Source of the DNA: Cladosporium halotolerans
Taxonomy: Eukaryota
DNA: 49,866 nucleotides
Direction: 5' to 3'
Assembly: GCF_011745625.1 (NCBI RefSeq)
Contig: NW_027191515.1
Span: forward strand, 1-49,866
Part shown: positions 24,534-35,843 of the stretch, piece by piece
Layout: the number at the start of each line of letters is the position of its first letter
Position numbering within the stretch: position 1 is the first letter of the stretch
The notes under the pieces: generated by a model
The model's database searches: none
What the model saw: the letters and a program-made list of their open reading frames with translations, nothing else
What the model was told of the DNA's origin: nothing
Program-made: the position numbers and the translations under genes

Positions 24534-24955
24534 ATTGATTGATTTGATTTGATTTGATATTCCATTATCCCGGTGTAGCTCCCTTACGGGTCCATGCGGG
24601 CTGTTCACTATGTATGATATCAAGGAGGAAAACCGTAGCCAGAAGCCCGGGTGAAAACTCCTTCTCCTGTAGTGAGTGGCAATTGCCCTTCTGCCAGTGA
24701 TTCTACGATACAGTTAGAAGTAGCTGTGCGCCTCCACACGCTTCAGCGATCGCCATCATCTTCGTCCACATACGTCCCCGGCCTTCGTCCCCTTCGCCTT
24801 GGTTTTGTCTCGTCCATTGTCCTGGCCAGCGAGAACTGGGTAAGAACATCCCGCTGCAAGAACCATCGCGTCACCGCACGCAAGCCCGCCGCCGTCGACA
24901 AGAGCCTGGTGAAGTCGGTCGTCTTTGCCTCTGCCAGCATCTCTATCCGAAATAC
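24534..24955 (-). mobile_element. 5'-truncated 3' end of a non-LTR retrotransposon (Tad1-like LINE)
   Basis: Peptide MLAEAKTTDFTRLLSTAAGLRAVTRWFLQRDVLTQFSLAR resembles the extreme C-terminus of fungal LINE ORF2. It is followed by ~185 nt of 3' UTR and an (ATCAA)n-type tail at 24558-24534. Confidence 0.65.
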
Positions 24956-26121
24956 CTAAAGGGTAACAGACCTGTGTGTCATTTCGTGAATTAGTGACGA
25001 GATGTGCGCATCTGCGCGTATATGCAATTCCGGGGCTATAGGTCATTAGCTCTGTGTCATATGCTCATACACCACATTCTTGCTGCCAAGACAACAAACA
25101 TCGACACGAATTATTTCAGGATTTTTGCTGCGATGCTGCGGCGACAACAAATTCGCAAATGAAGCCGTCGACGCTCGACAGTCCCACTACACAGACCCCG
25201 CAAGCCACACTGACAAGCGCCACACAAGCCACACTCGCGAGCTTAGGGTTAGTGTTGGGGCTCAGCCATAACGTAGATCAATCGAAGGATGCTGCGCCGA
25301 CAACGCGAAGAAGCAAAAATTGAGATTAAGGATGATTACCGTGTCAGCAGAGAAAGATTGCGAAGAGTTTCGAACGGAAACTCTGATGGTGTTGTGCGGA
25401 TCAGCCGCGCACTGTGAGTTTGCCGTAAATGTGGTGCGTGATGGAGATTTGAGCAAACCAAACGACGAACGTTGCGAAACATTGACGTCGATATGTAATA
25501 GATGTATTGGGATAGAAATGAAGATCAACTCGTATCAACAAAGACAGCGGCGAACCACGCTAGTCTACCTCTGAGCTATCGGACGAGTCCAAGATTATTT
25601 GCATTTGAGGAACACCTTTTCCACCAGGAGTGGCCTTTCTTGGGGAAACGCCGTGATCTTGACTGGGTCGAACCTCACTACCGTCGTACAAATGCCGTTC
25701 CACCCGCTCCAGCCCATGGACACACGGGACAAGATCGGCTTCCAACGAAGCCAATGCACGCAAGACGAAGGCACGACAAGAATCGCAGCAGCGTGCCGAC
25801 ATCCTGGCAGTGTCCGTATTGACCGACCTTAGTTCCTGGTACAAGTCGACAAACTTACTAAACACCAATGCGATACCGGGACCGTCACACGTGGAATCGT
25901 CGCCCGACGCGCCTGTGTGTGGAGGCGAAATACTATCGTGGCGGCCGGCGGAGCCAAGCGAGTTTTGCGTCAACTGGGGTGAGGAGTCCAACGCCGCCAG
26001 CTCATCGGAAGTCGGAAGTCTCCTGATCAACTGGTTTTTGAACCTCTTCACCTATAGGATGGAGATTCGGGGCCGGGTTCCTTGTGTAGCACTGGTTTCT
26101 TCGAGGAACCTACGAATCCGC

Positions 26122-26273
26122 CGGGTGTTTTGTACAGCAGCGGGTGTCTTGTACGGCAGCGGGCGTTTTGTACAGCAGCGGGTGTCTTGTACAGCAGCGG
26201 GTGTCTTGTACGGCAGCGGGTGTCTTGTACGGCAGCGGGTGTCTTGTACAGCAGCGGAGATTTTGTACGGCAG
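26122..26273 (+). repeat. Minisatellite, 8 x 19 bp (consensus CGGGTGTCTTGTACRGCAG)
   Basis: Eight head-to-tail units counted directly, few substitutions, no spacers. Confidence 0.95.
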
Positions 26274-27937
26274 CGAAAGTGAGCGCGAAAGGATCGATTC
26301 AGACGTGCAACTAATGATAATTCATTGCAGCAATATATACGGTGGAATAAATGCCCACACTTTCAAACGGCATGAAGTTCCGCGTCATTCAAGATCGACG
26401 GCCCAAAAGTGTGAAGCGTGATCTAAGATGAACGAGTTCGTACCGGAAGGAGAGACGTAAAGGACAGGCTCGCGAAGTCGATCAGACAAATTCATGGGAT
26501 TCTTCGGTTAGAGCGTGGTAACAATACAGATACCACGCTTGACCGACAGCGACGACGGAAGGGCGCATCTTGGGACGGCGGGAGAAGAGGGCTCTCTCGT
26601 TGTAAAGTACAAGTCGGCACGTTCCGATGCTCGGCAGTGAGGCAGTGCTAAAGAACCAAGGGAGGCGCACTTGAAGTGGCACGCACTTGCCGCGGCACCG
26701 GCCGGCTGAAAAGCTTCAGCCAATCAGCTGCCCCAGACGGCGTCCGGCGAGCATGTGGAGCAGACCAGGATGAACAGAGTGCAGAGAAGCCGAAGCGGCA
26801 GTTGGGTGAGTTAATCGAGACGTCACTGCTTGTCGAGCAAACGAGTCTTTGGCGCAGAAGAAAAAGCGTACGCCAGGAGATGAAACAAGTGACCCGGAAA
26901 GACCGTGGCGAGCGATAGTAGCGTTGTAGAAAGAAGCTTGAGGAGATGCTGGCGTTGCGACGGTCTGGCCAGTGGAGCTGGCACGCTCGACACAGCACGG
27001 GTGAGCTTTAATGGTCGCGGAAAGAACGACCGGTCCGGTGAGGTCGGAGCGGGCGGGATTGACAGCACGCTGATGCATGAGAAGTCAGGTATCTGGATGC
27101 GCGCTGGGCGAGGACGCTGTCTGCGCTCCCACAACAGGCCCATGTCTGAGCGATGCCGCCAACACAGTCGTCTCCACCCGTGGTGTTCGTGTCGGTCCAG
27201 TGTGGAATGAGAGCGTCTTGGACCAGGCTGGCCAGGCCACTGGGCTCGTTCGGTTGTCTTATTCGTCGAACGCGCAAAGATGCTTACACGGCCGGTGGCA
27301 GGGTTTGCACGAAGTTGGCAGGGAGCAGAAGAACGGAACGAAGGTGAGGGATGTGAATGGCTGGAAGATATAGGAGCGAGCTGCTGTAAGAGCGGATCGG
27401 TGGCTACCAAGACGCAGAATGATCGCAGAAGCGCGGCTACTTCTCAGAGCTCCGTAGAGCCAACCGCCGCGCCAGACAACGGCACCGGAGGAATAATGGA
27501 TTTGATGCAGCATAGCTCGACCGGCTTGCAGAGACATGTATAGTAGAGATTGCAGGTAGCCACAGAAAGGGACACGGCGCGTGCGAAGCGAGGACCAGTC
27601 AGCAACAGGACCGTCGTGGGATGCACGCGAAAGGTGAAGTGGCAGCTCAGGAAGTGCAGTGACCAGACGGACGGGCGGCAAACGGCGCGACGGCAGAGGT
27701 TGAAGAAGACCGGGATCCACTCTCGAGGCGGCACAGCAAAGTCACGACGCCGACAGCAGCGGTGTGGGGGGCCAGCAGAGCGGGAGGAAGCCGGGGCCGC
27801 CGGCCATGGGACTGGCGATGGACGACGAACGAGAAGACGATCTTGCCAAAGGCAAGGAGCCCAGCGGACGGGTGCCGAAGCATGCACGTCGGTATGAGAG
27901 AAAAGGGCGGGGGAATGGCCATTCGAGTGCCCAAATC

Positions 27938-28249
27938 ATGGGCCGGTGTTTTGGTCTTCCTGCGAAAGCTGGCGGGCTCGTCGCGCTCTTGTGCATTTTG
28001 TATGTGTTCTCCCAACTCTTGCTCATCTTTGATGTCGAGTCGGCGTTCTCGTTGTTGGCAGCCGGATCGGCGGCGGTCGGGGCCTGTTGCCTGTTGGCGC
28101 GCGGTGCGCGCAGGCTTTGTCGTGTCGTGCAGAGTTTACCGACGCCTGGACCGCGAGGTGGGCAGCCACGTCGACCATGTCGGGCATTGTCGATGGGTAG
28201 GGGTCGTCGAGTGATGACTTTGTGCGAGACTGCCGCATGGGCTCATCGC
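27938..28249 (+). repeat. Left arm of a degenerate inverted repeat (partner at 30439-30870)
   Basis: For example CCATGTCGGGCATTGTCGATGGGTAGGGGTCGTCGAGTGATGACTTTGTGCGAGACTGCC closely matches the reverse complement of ~30454-30513. Confidence 0.85.
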
Positions 28250-28732
28250 TTTTCTCCAAAATGGAGTACTGCTCAGAATTCCGTTGGCTATAGTAGTGAG
28301 AGAAGATCAGTATAGTGCGCATCTCTCACATGTTGGAAAGAAGAACCTGTTTCCAAGCAAACCCACATTGTAATGACAGCATTGCCGGACGGAGAGCGCA
28401 CACCTTTACGTGGTGTCCGGTGTGAGTAGCTGCTTATGCAGTGAAACCAAGTGCGCTACAAAACAGCCCAATCGCGTCACTCGGGCTGGCGCCGCCTTCG
28501 CGTTTCGCCTTCACACGGGCCACTGGAGCTGAAGCCAGCGCGTTCAGAAGCGTTGGTCCCGCGAACGATTTGATGACAACATTGACTTTGCAACTCTAAT
28601 GCCACTTCCTGTACAGTCAGAACATCACTAGAACGTTTCGCGTCTCCGTATTGTCAACAAATTCTAGCACAGACGATATACCATGCATAGGCAATCTCTC
28701 GGTAAGCGCCACATGAGGCGCATCTGAAGACG

Positions 28733-30289
28733 ATGTCAAACAACAGGGCGCAACTAAGAAGGGAGAACAATGACCAAGCGCGAGTATTATCCCCGCTGGA
28801 GGAGATGCCGACGGAGATCATGCGCATAATAGCGGCGAGCGAGCTGGAAACTTCTCAGGCCGTCATTCGGGCTCAAGGCGGATGCTTACGATTTGAGTTG
28901 AACCCTGCGATATTGCAAACCTCAAAGACGATATTCACCAAGTGTGTCAAGCCTTGGCGAGATAATCGACCGGTGCGAATAACATACAAGGGCGGTCCAG
29001 GCTTCAGACCTACTGCATTCGTCCCCGTCCTCGGAAACGATGCGTACAAGATTCTCACAACACCGCACGAGGTGGCACACACGACTTTTGTAGCCGATAT
29101 CAATGTGGCTCAACAGCTGCCGAGCGAAGACGACGACAGTGCCATTCCCACGGAAAACGTATGCGTCATCACCTTGGATGCAGCCTGTACATGGCTTACA
29201 ATCTTGGGTTGCATGCAATCCGCCGAGTATGCCTATGCTGAAGAACCCCCAGCATTCAGACTTGATCTGATCGTTCATCAAAGGGATAGAATCTCTAGCT
29301 CAACAGGCGGCGATCTCTACCAAGCCATTGCGTTGATGCTCCAGAGCAGCACTAGGCTTAGTGTTGATACGACGCAAAATGAAGGTAGTCAAGTGATAGG
29401 CTCAAAAGAAAGAATCTGGGCATCGCCACGCGATGCGGTCGTAATCGGAGGCTCAATCTATGTCACTTGGATCTCATCTTTATTGGCTCATGGACACGCT
29501 CTTTCAGCACTCCGGAATTCTGAAGCTCAACTAGACTATTGCAGCTACACCTGCAAACAACTCATCGGCCTCCACCGCCTGGAAGCCGGCTCCGCCGCCA
29601 TGAAAAGCCTAACACAGCCCGAACAGTCGATTCTTGCTCGGCGAGCTTGTGCAGCGCTCCTTAACTGGACCTACGAGTACCACCGCGACGCCCGAGACGA
29701 AGGGTCACTCGCCAGGCTCAAAGAAAGCTGGCAGGTTCAGGAAGACGGCACGTGTACAATCGAGGGCTGCCCTTGTTTGCTTTGGACTGGATTAGACCTT
29801 GCAGATGGACGTGGAGTGTCGCGTGACGACGCTGCAAGATACGGCATCGACCTTCTACCTTGGCTCGAAGTTCATCGCTGGACTATCGCCCTCCATTGCC
29901 GTAGGCGGCTGGTCGAAGGAGACTATGATGGTCTGGTGGATGCAAGAGAAGAGATGCTCACAGTCAAAGCGTGGATACAGCCGGACGAGCTGCAAGGAAG
30001 CTTCACCCAGGATTTGGAATCGTTCACCATAGCTGCGTCAATGGGCATCCGCAGTCTGGCGAATCACCGCGGCATCGAAATGAGTGATGAAGACGATGAA
30101 GCTCAGGTTGATATATTATGGAACAGCCTTAATTTGGAAAAGGAACGAGTTGAGTCGTCGGTAGAGTGGCGAGTGCATAAACATTCTATTGCACTGGAGG
30201 CTGCTACGCGCGTCTCATCCCGCATGATTGTCGAGGCCGACATCGTCCCAGTACGATTGCTGGCTTCGCTCCTTGACCAGCACAGGTGA
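28733..30289 (+). CDS. Hypothetical 518-aa protein with an F-box-like N-terminal motif
   Basis: Intronless long ORF. SPLEEMPTEIMRIIAASEL followed by NPAILQTSKTI resembles the fungal 'LP.EIR..I...L / .LL.T.K.I' F-box-like pattern. Confidence 0.65.
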   Translation: MSNNRAQLRRENNDQARVLSPLEEMPTEIMRIIAASELETSQAVIRAQGGCLRFELNPAILQTSKTIFTKCVKPWRDNRPVRITYKGGPGFRPTAFVPVLGNDAYKILTTPHEVAHTTFVADINVAQQLPSEDDDSAIPTENVCVITLDAACTWLTILGCMQSAEYAYAEEPPAFRLDLIVHQRDRISSSTGGDLYQAIALMLQSSTRLSVDTTQNEGSQVIGSKERIWASPRDAVVIGGSIYVTWISSLLAHGHALSALRNSEAQLDYCSYTCKQLIGLHRLEAGSAAMKSLTQPEQSILARRACAALLNWTYEYHRDARDEGSLARLKESWQVQEDGTCTIEGCPCLLWTGLDLADGRGVSRDDAARYGIDLLPWLEVHRWTIALHCRRRLVEGDYDGLVDAREEMLTVKAWIQPDELQGSFTQDLESFTIAASMGIRSLANHRGIEMSDEDDEAQVDILWNSLNLEKERVESSVEWRVHKHSIALEAATRVSSRMIVEADIVPVRLLASLLDQHR

Positions 30290-30438
30290 TGGTGTCACAG
30301 TACTACATCAATTCAGCATGGCAACAAGCGGCGAATATCGGTCCAGGGATATATGGGTCAGCTTGGCCTCGCGTGGAGACTTGATGCGGTAGCCGTAAGC
30401 CGTAGGGTGGAGCTTCAATGCATTCAGCAGACAGAAAC

Positions 30439-30870
30439 GCGATACGCCCACGTGGCAGTCTCGCACAAAGTCACCATTTGACGACCCCGACCCATCGACA
30501 ACGCCCGACATGGGCGATGAGGCCGCCCACCCTATCGTCCAACCGTCGGGAAAACTCTGCAGACACGACCAGACCTGCACGCACAACGCGCCCGCAGGCA
30601 ACACGACTTCACCACCACCGCCACCGACAGGGCTCGACATGGTCGGCATGGCCCTTCACCTCGCCTTCTAGCCGTCGGGAAACCCTGCACGTCACGACAA
30701 GGCCTGTGCGCACGCCGCACCCGCAGGCAACACGACTTCACCACCGCCACCAACAATGACAACGCCGACTCGACATCACAGATGGGCAAGAGTCGGAAGG
30801 ATACGCAAGAAGTACATAAGAGCGCGATGAGCCCAACATGTCTCGCAGGAAGACCAATACATAGGCCCAT
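30439..30870 (-). repeat. Right arm of the degenerate inverted repeat, containing an internal ~129-bp tandem duplication (30507-30635 / 30636-~30756)
   Basis: Reverse complement aligns to 27938-28249. CCCGCAGGCAACACGACTTCACCACC and CCGTCGGGAAA each occur twice about 129 bp apart. Confidence 0.85.
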
Positions 30871-31636
30871 AAGATAAGATGAGTCACATGAGACAAGACA
30901 CCCAGCACGAGCACCCGATGGGCTCGACCCGCTGTTGGACAAAGACAAGCACAGCAGACCCTACGCGTCAGCACTAAGTGAGGACAAGCCGCCTCAACTT
31001 TTTGCAGGAGTTGAAGGGCCGCACAGCAAGGAACCGAATTTGGGGACCTTTTTCAGCTTCGGCTGGAAAGCCCCAGGGAAAGAAAGCATGGGCAAGACAG
31101 CGTACGCCGCCGGCACTAAAGACGTCCAGCATGTAATACGAAGGAAGTAGGAGGGGAGGAAGCAGAAGGAGGAGAAGAGGAGGATGCAGGTGTTGAGGTA
31201 GGGAAGCACAACAATACAAGAGAAGAGGATAGTGCAGAAAACGATGGACAAGAGGAAGAGGGTGAAGATGGCGAGAGCGCGGAAGAGGAAAAGGAGAGTC
31301 ACGATAAAGCGCGAGAGACAGGGAGGACATGATACAACGAGTGGCAGCGAACATCCACCACGATGGAGCATGGCGGAGTTGCAAGTGGGAGATATGGACG
31401 GCAAGGAGAAGGAGGAAAGAATTAAAGGCTCTGGCGAAGGGGAAAGCATGGCTGAAGAAGAGGGCGGGAGTTGTGAGAAAAGATCGAAGCGGCCTTTGGA
31501 GAGAAATGAAGCCCACTCCCCCCAATTCGCGAATCCACCCGGCCCACGGCGGATTCACCATGCCTTTTTCGGTGCTAGCGTCAGGTCTCCGCGCTGAGCG
31601 CCAAATGCCCGCGTCGCGTGTCAGACACGCACCTTA

Positions 31637-33573
31637 TCCGTGCACCTCAAATTTCGCTCCGCTGCATTGAGACCACCTTGGACCCCCGCAAGCGGGTGCA
31701 CCACGGCTCAACGATAATATACGGCTCAATGATAATGTCTACCACCGATCAAACTTCTCACGATGCAGCTCATCCAGCATCGCAAAATGAAGGGGCAGGA
31801 TCTTCCTACGGTGTAGCTTATACGCTGGCCTCTGTGTCGTACCAGTTATCTGCTTCAAAATAGCATCGGTTCGGCCCTTATTCTCAACCTTCTCAGCTCG
31901 CTCCAAAGCACGCTTTGCTACTTCAACACCAGATTGGCGATTTTCGGAGGAAATTTGGCGGGCCCTGCTTGCTTTTAAGACTCCACTCTGCTGGAGCGTT
32001 GATCGCTTTTGAAGACTGCGTGCACGAGAAGCAGCTCCTGCAACTGTAGAGTGCTCCAAATCGGAGATTGCTTCAGCTCCGGCTGTAGCCTGAATCATTG
32101 CTCCTTTGAACGCAGGAGCTACTAGTGTCTGCAACCCTGCATCAAGTCGACAATCATCCCAAATAGTACTCAACTGGTGCCTCAAAGTGCGTTGAGTCTT
32201 CGGAGTCGATTGCTCTCTTGGTGTTGGTGTCTTTGGACGTTCATTGCTGCCAAGTGAAGCCACAAACTGTCTTGCTTTGACCAACACAACATTTGGGTCA
32301 AACGGCACAAGACCTGTCTTTTTGAAGGCAGACCTGATCGTGGATGTAGTCAGAGCCCGTGCTCTGAATCTCTCAAAGTCAGCCAGAAATTCGAGCTTGT
32401 TGTATTGGCCGACGCCAGCTCGAATCGAGGCATCGATCGCCTCCGCATGGTAGTGTTTGTATGGCTGGAACACAACCACGTCCAGTGGCTGAATGATATG
32501 TGTTGTATGAGATGGCAGATTGAACGGGATGATCTTTGCCTTATCGCAAAACTCAATGAATTCTTTGGTGCAATGGGATCCATATCCGTCCATCAGCAGA
32601 AGCCTGTATGCACCTTCCTGTCTTTGAGCGCTGAGGTCTTGGAAGTGCTTGAGCCATTCCAGTGTCAGGTCGTCATTGGTGTATCCAGTTTCACTGACTC
32701 CAATCAGCGTATTATCATGGAGATGCTGAAACCATGAGCCTTGATGTATTTTGCCTGAGATGATGATCATTGGGGCGATGGCCCCTCCACTCGCGCTGAT
32801 AGCTTCAACCACTGTCACACACTCTCTGTTTTCGGGAGCAGGTAGAAATTGCCTCTTGTCTGGATCCTGTGTGAGTACCAACTGGTCTCTTGCGATACCA
32901 ATCCTGAAGCCAGTTTCATCCATATTCCAAACGTCTGGAGGCTGGATGCCATGTTCATCACAGATGGCCTTGTACTTGTCGAACCACCACTGAATATCCT
33001 CCACATCGTGTGCTCCAGCTCTGGCAGACTCCAGTGGGGTTGTTCTTTTGATGTGCCATTCCGGATGCCTCTGCTTCCACCTTGAAGCCCACATTTTACT
33101 GACCCTCGGGGGTGGCGTGCTTAAGTCAGAGTGGGATCTTTTGAGGATTGAGTTTGCTGAGATAGCGAGCTGGTTGAGGCGAACAGGCACACCAATCTTG
33201 TCACATCTCTTTAGATATGATATCAGGGCTTCCTCTTGGACTTCATCCAGCTTCAGATTGGTCTGCATGCGTGTAGATTTGCTATTCCTCTTGTGAAGCC
33301 TGTGGTTCAAGCGTTGGTATGGAACGTCGAACATCTCGGCAAGCTTGGTGATCGGGCACGCATTTGGGTGCTCAGACTTCCACTCCATGGCCTCAGCAAT
33401 CCGGTCCTCGATTTCTAGATATTCAGACATAATATTGGGGGAATGATCGCGCATTGAGCGCGCGTTGTGGCTATATTTTGGTGATTATCATTGAGCCGTA
33501 TATTATTGTTGAGCCGTGGTGCACCCGCTTGCGGGGGTCTCAATGCAGCGGAGCGAAATTTGAGGTGCACGGA
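31637..33573 (-). mobile_element. Complete Fot1/pogo-family (Tc1/mariner superfamily) DNA transposon, 1937 bp
   Basis: TA at 31635-36 and 33574-75 (target-site duplication). TIRs at 31637-31736 and 33484-33573, beginning TCCGTGCACCTCAAATTTCGCTCCGC, enclose the transposase. Confidence 0.95.
31739..33454 (-). CDS. Fot1/pogo-like DDE transposase (HTH + CENP-B-type HTH + DDE_1), 571 aa
   Basis: WNMDETGF, LLLMDGYGSH and QPLDVVVF, with 35 residues between the second and third Asp (DD35D). ORF is intact. Confidence 0.95.
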   Translation of the reverse strand: MRDHSPNIMSEYLEIEDRIAEAMEWKSEHPNACPITKLAEMFDVPYQRLNHRLHKRNSKSTRMQTNLKLDEVQEEALISYLKRCDKIGVPVRLNQLAISANSILKRSHSDLSTPPPRVSKMWASRWKQRHPEWHIKRTTPLESARAGAHDVEDIQWWFDKYKAICDEHGIQPPDVWNMDETGFRIGIARDQLVLTQDPDKRQFLPAPENRECVTVVEAISASGGAIAPMIIISGKIHQGSWFQHLHDNTLIGVSETGYTNDDLTLEWLKHFQDLSAQRQEGAYRLLLMDGYGSHCTKEFIEFCDKAKIIPFNLPSHTTHIIQPLDVVVFQPYKHYHAEAIDASIRAGVGQYNKLEFLADFERFRARALTTSTIRSAFKKTGLVPFDPNVVLVKARQFVASLGSNERPKTPTPREQSTPKTQRTLRHQLSTIWDDCRLDAGLQTLVAPAFKGAMIQATAGAEAISDLEHSTVAGAASRARSLQKRSTLQQSGVLKASRARQISSENRQSGVEVAKRALERAEKVENKGRTDAILKQITGTTQRPAYKLHRRKILPLHFAMLDELHREKFDRW

Positions 33574-33957
33574 TAGTGATAATATTCGTCCAAAATCACG
33601 ACACAGCTCATGTAGAGTGAGTATTCACTTTCCCATGACAAGAATTGTGGAAGAGGTTATTGTACGGAACGCTGTCTAACCTCGGCGATCCAACGCCTCA
33701 CCAGCAAGACTAAATCAGATATCGGATAGGTCGCTTCCAACTCGGCAAGTCCTGTGCTTGTGACGCAGGCATCATGTTCCGACGTGGACATTGAACCTGT
33801 CGTTCTCTACCGCGGTTCATCCGCTTGTCAATTGCTGAGCGGCGTCATAAGTTTGACATGGCAAAAGGACTCGGCATTGAAATCAGTGCGAAGCTGTTTT
33901 ACCTGAACTATCATTCTGCCTGAAACGCGATGACGATGTCAACCGAGAGCATGTCCA

Positions 33958-35057
33958 TTATCTATCCAAGCCAAACATATCGATACGTGCTTCCCGGTAT
34001 ACCGATCCCGGAGACATCAGCTCATTGGTGGATAGCTGGGGCGTCTGCGCCATGGGCGCGCGATTCTCCACACCTCTGAGTAGATCCATCCTGCTTTGAA
34101 CGATCGCATCTCGAATGAACGCATAGTCGGCTGACCATTGTTCCATACCCACGAAACGCAGATGCTCCATCACCGAGTCGAATACGGGTCCTTTCTTTGG
34201 CAAGAGCTTATACCAGCTATGGCAATTAGCGCGTGTGATGCGGACGTTGGCAAGACGTAGATAACGTACTGTGATTCCGGCAAATCGCAGCCTAGGACCA
34301 AGCAAATTCCACGACCCATGGCGCCTTCAATGTTGATGTATCGACTACCAAGATTCAGCATGTCATCGATGCACTTTTCGACGCTGGTAGGAAGATGTTC
34401 GGGTGTGCTGATCTGGACGGTGGAAGCCAAGGCCATCAATCGCGGTCGACCAACTTCTTTGCGAATCTCTTCGAGAACGATGCAGGCCATACGCTGAGCC
34501 ATACGAGACTAAGAGTCACCGCTTTTGGCGTTGATGTAAAGCGCAATGAGTTCGCCGGTCGAAGAAGTGCCTCGAGCGCTGTGAGTAGGGTTACTCCAGA
34601 ATGTATACGGATCAATGGTCCAGTGTTGGGTCTTCGCAAAGAGTATTTGCCGTGTCATGATGTCGGGACCTTCGTACAGCCCGAAATTCTTTATGCGCAA
34701 TTGGTCTTGCTCGCCTCTGATCCCAATCCTGAATCTCAGTGTTGAGAATAGTTCTCGCTGTGTTACCTGCATTTCGTGCAGGACCTCCATTACCTCCTCA
34801 ACAACGCAGAGATCCTATCGGTTGTCAGCGTGTTCTGATGAGTAGATGTGTTTTTTGAAAGATGAACGTGCCTGGTGTCGGAGTTGAGAAGCGAATTGCG
34901 AGGGCATCATCGCTGAAGGGTTTGATGTAGCACAAATGATTCTAAGGCGTGAGTCAAAGCACTGCTGTCCTCTTATAATTGCTTGTCTCAACGAAATGTT
35001 TAGAAAACGCTGGAACAAGGGCTCAGCAAGGGCTCTTGCAATGTGGTCGGCATGCAT
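33958..35057 (-). pseudogene. Fungal hypothetical gene (~330 codons) with one internal TAG; exons 35057-34872, 34814-34270, 34216-33958
   Basis: Three same-frame ORF pieces plus a last exon. Clear GTACGT...GCTAAT...TAG intron at 34269-34217 and a putative GC-AG intron at 34871-34815. One in-frame TAG remains at 34511-34509. Protein-like core RMACIVLEE...GRGICLVLGCDLPESHWYKLLPKKGPVFDSVMEHLR. Confidence 0.55.
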
Positions 35058-35843
35058 GTGTACCCAATATCAGGCTGAAGCTCCTGTATATTTCATGCAT
35101 GCAGTGGAAGATGCAGGCACATGCAAACCCCGCTATCCTAGCGTCTGAACAGTAGGTGTTGGAGTGGATGCCGAGGGTCAAATCAAGTGAACATGGTCAG
35201 AAGTTCAAGATCCATTGCATGTTTCCCTGTCTATGCTGGAGGTAAGGACTGTATATATGTAGCCAGCTTGAAACACTAGCTTGTAAGAAGTAGATGAAAC
35301 CTGCAGTGATCAGGGGCAGGAACCTAGCTTCACCACACTCACTCTTCACAAACCGTCACAGTAGGTCTCCTATCGCAATACAGCAAGTGGATCTCGGTAG
35401 CAAATCCTATTCGTAAAGTATAGCTTAGCCCATACATTTAGTCAGGCATGAATCTCCAATATGGACACGCATATCGACATTCAAGTCTTGCTGGCCAGGA
35501 TGTGCGTGCCGTACTATGGAGCATCGTACTGGAATGTATATGATATCAAATGACCAAGGAAAAGTGTCGCTTGAAAAAACATCCTGAAAGCATAAGTGCC
35601 GCAATCTGATAGGGTACTGCAGTCTGACCATGTCATGTCAGCCAGCCTCCATTCTGTAATGAGTATAGTTCTTGAGCTTCCCAGATGTTTTTGTGTTCCG
35701 AATCGAAGCCGAAGCCGTATCAAGTCGCAGCGTCCACTGAATCGAACTTCAGGAGAGTGCAACAGTGTCGAATGGAACTTGAAGCTCTTTTAGCCGCTGG
35801 TGAGTTCGCGGTCGTCTCTTTTCGTTGTTCTATCACCTTAATG

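Noticed and set aside
26122..26273. Possible CRISPR array
   Set aside because: Units are head-to-tail with no unique spacers, there are no cas genes, and the context is eukaryotic.
26640..27420. Same-strand resemblance to ~31020-31520 (short shared words such as AGCGTACGCC and CGGCTGRAAAGC)
   Set aside because: Too patchy to establish by eye; needs a dot-plot or alignment.
30974..31597. Membrane-like (minus strand) and Lys/Arg-rich (plus strand) ORFs
   Set aside because: Explained by a purine-rich GA low-complexity tract; no family motifs.
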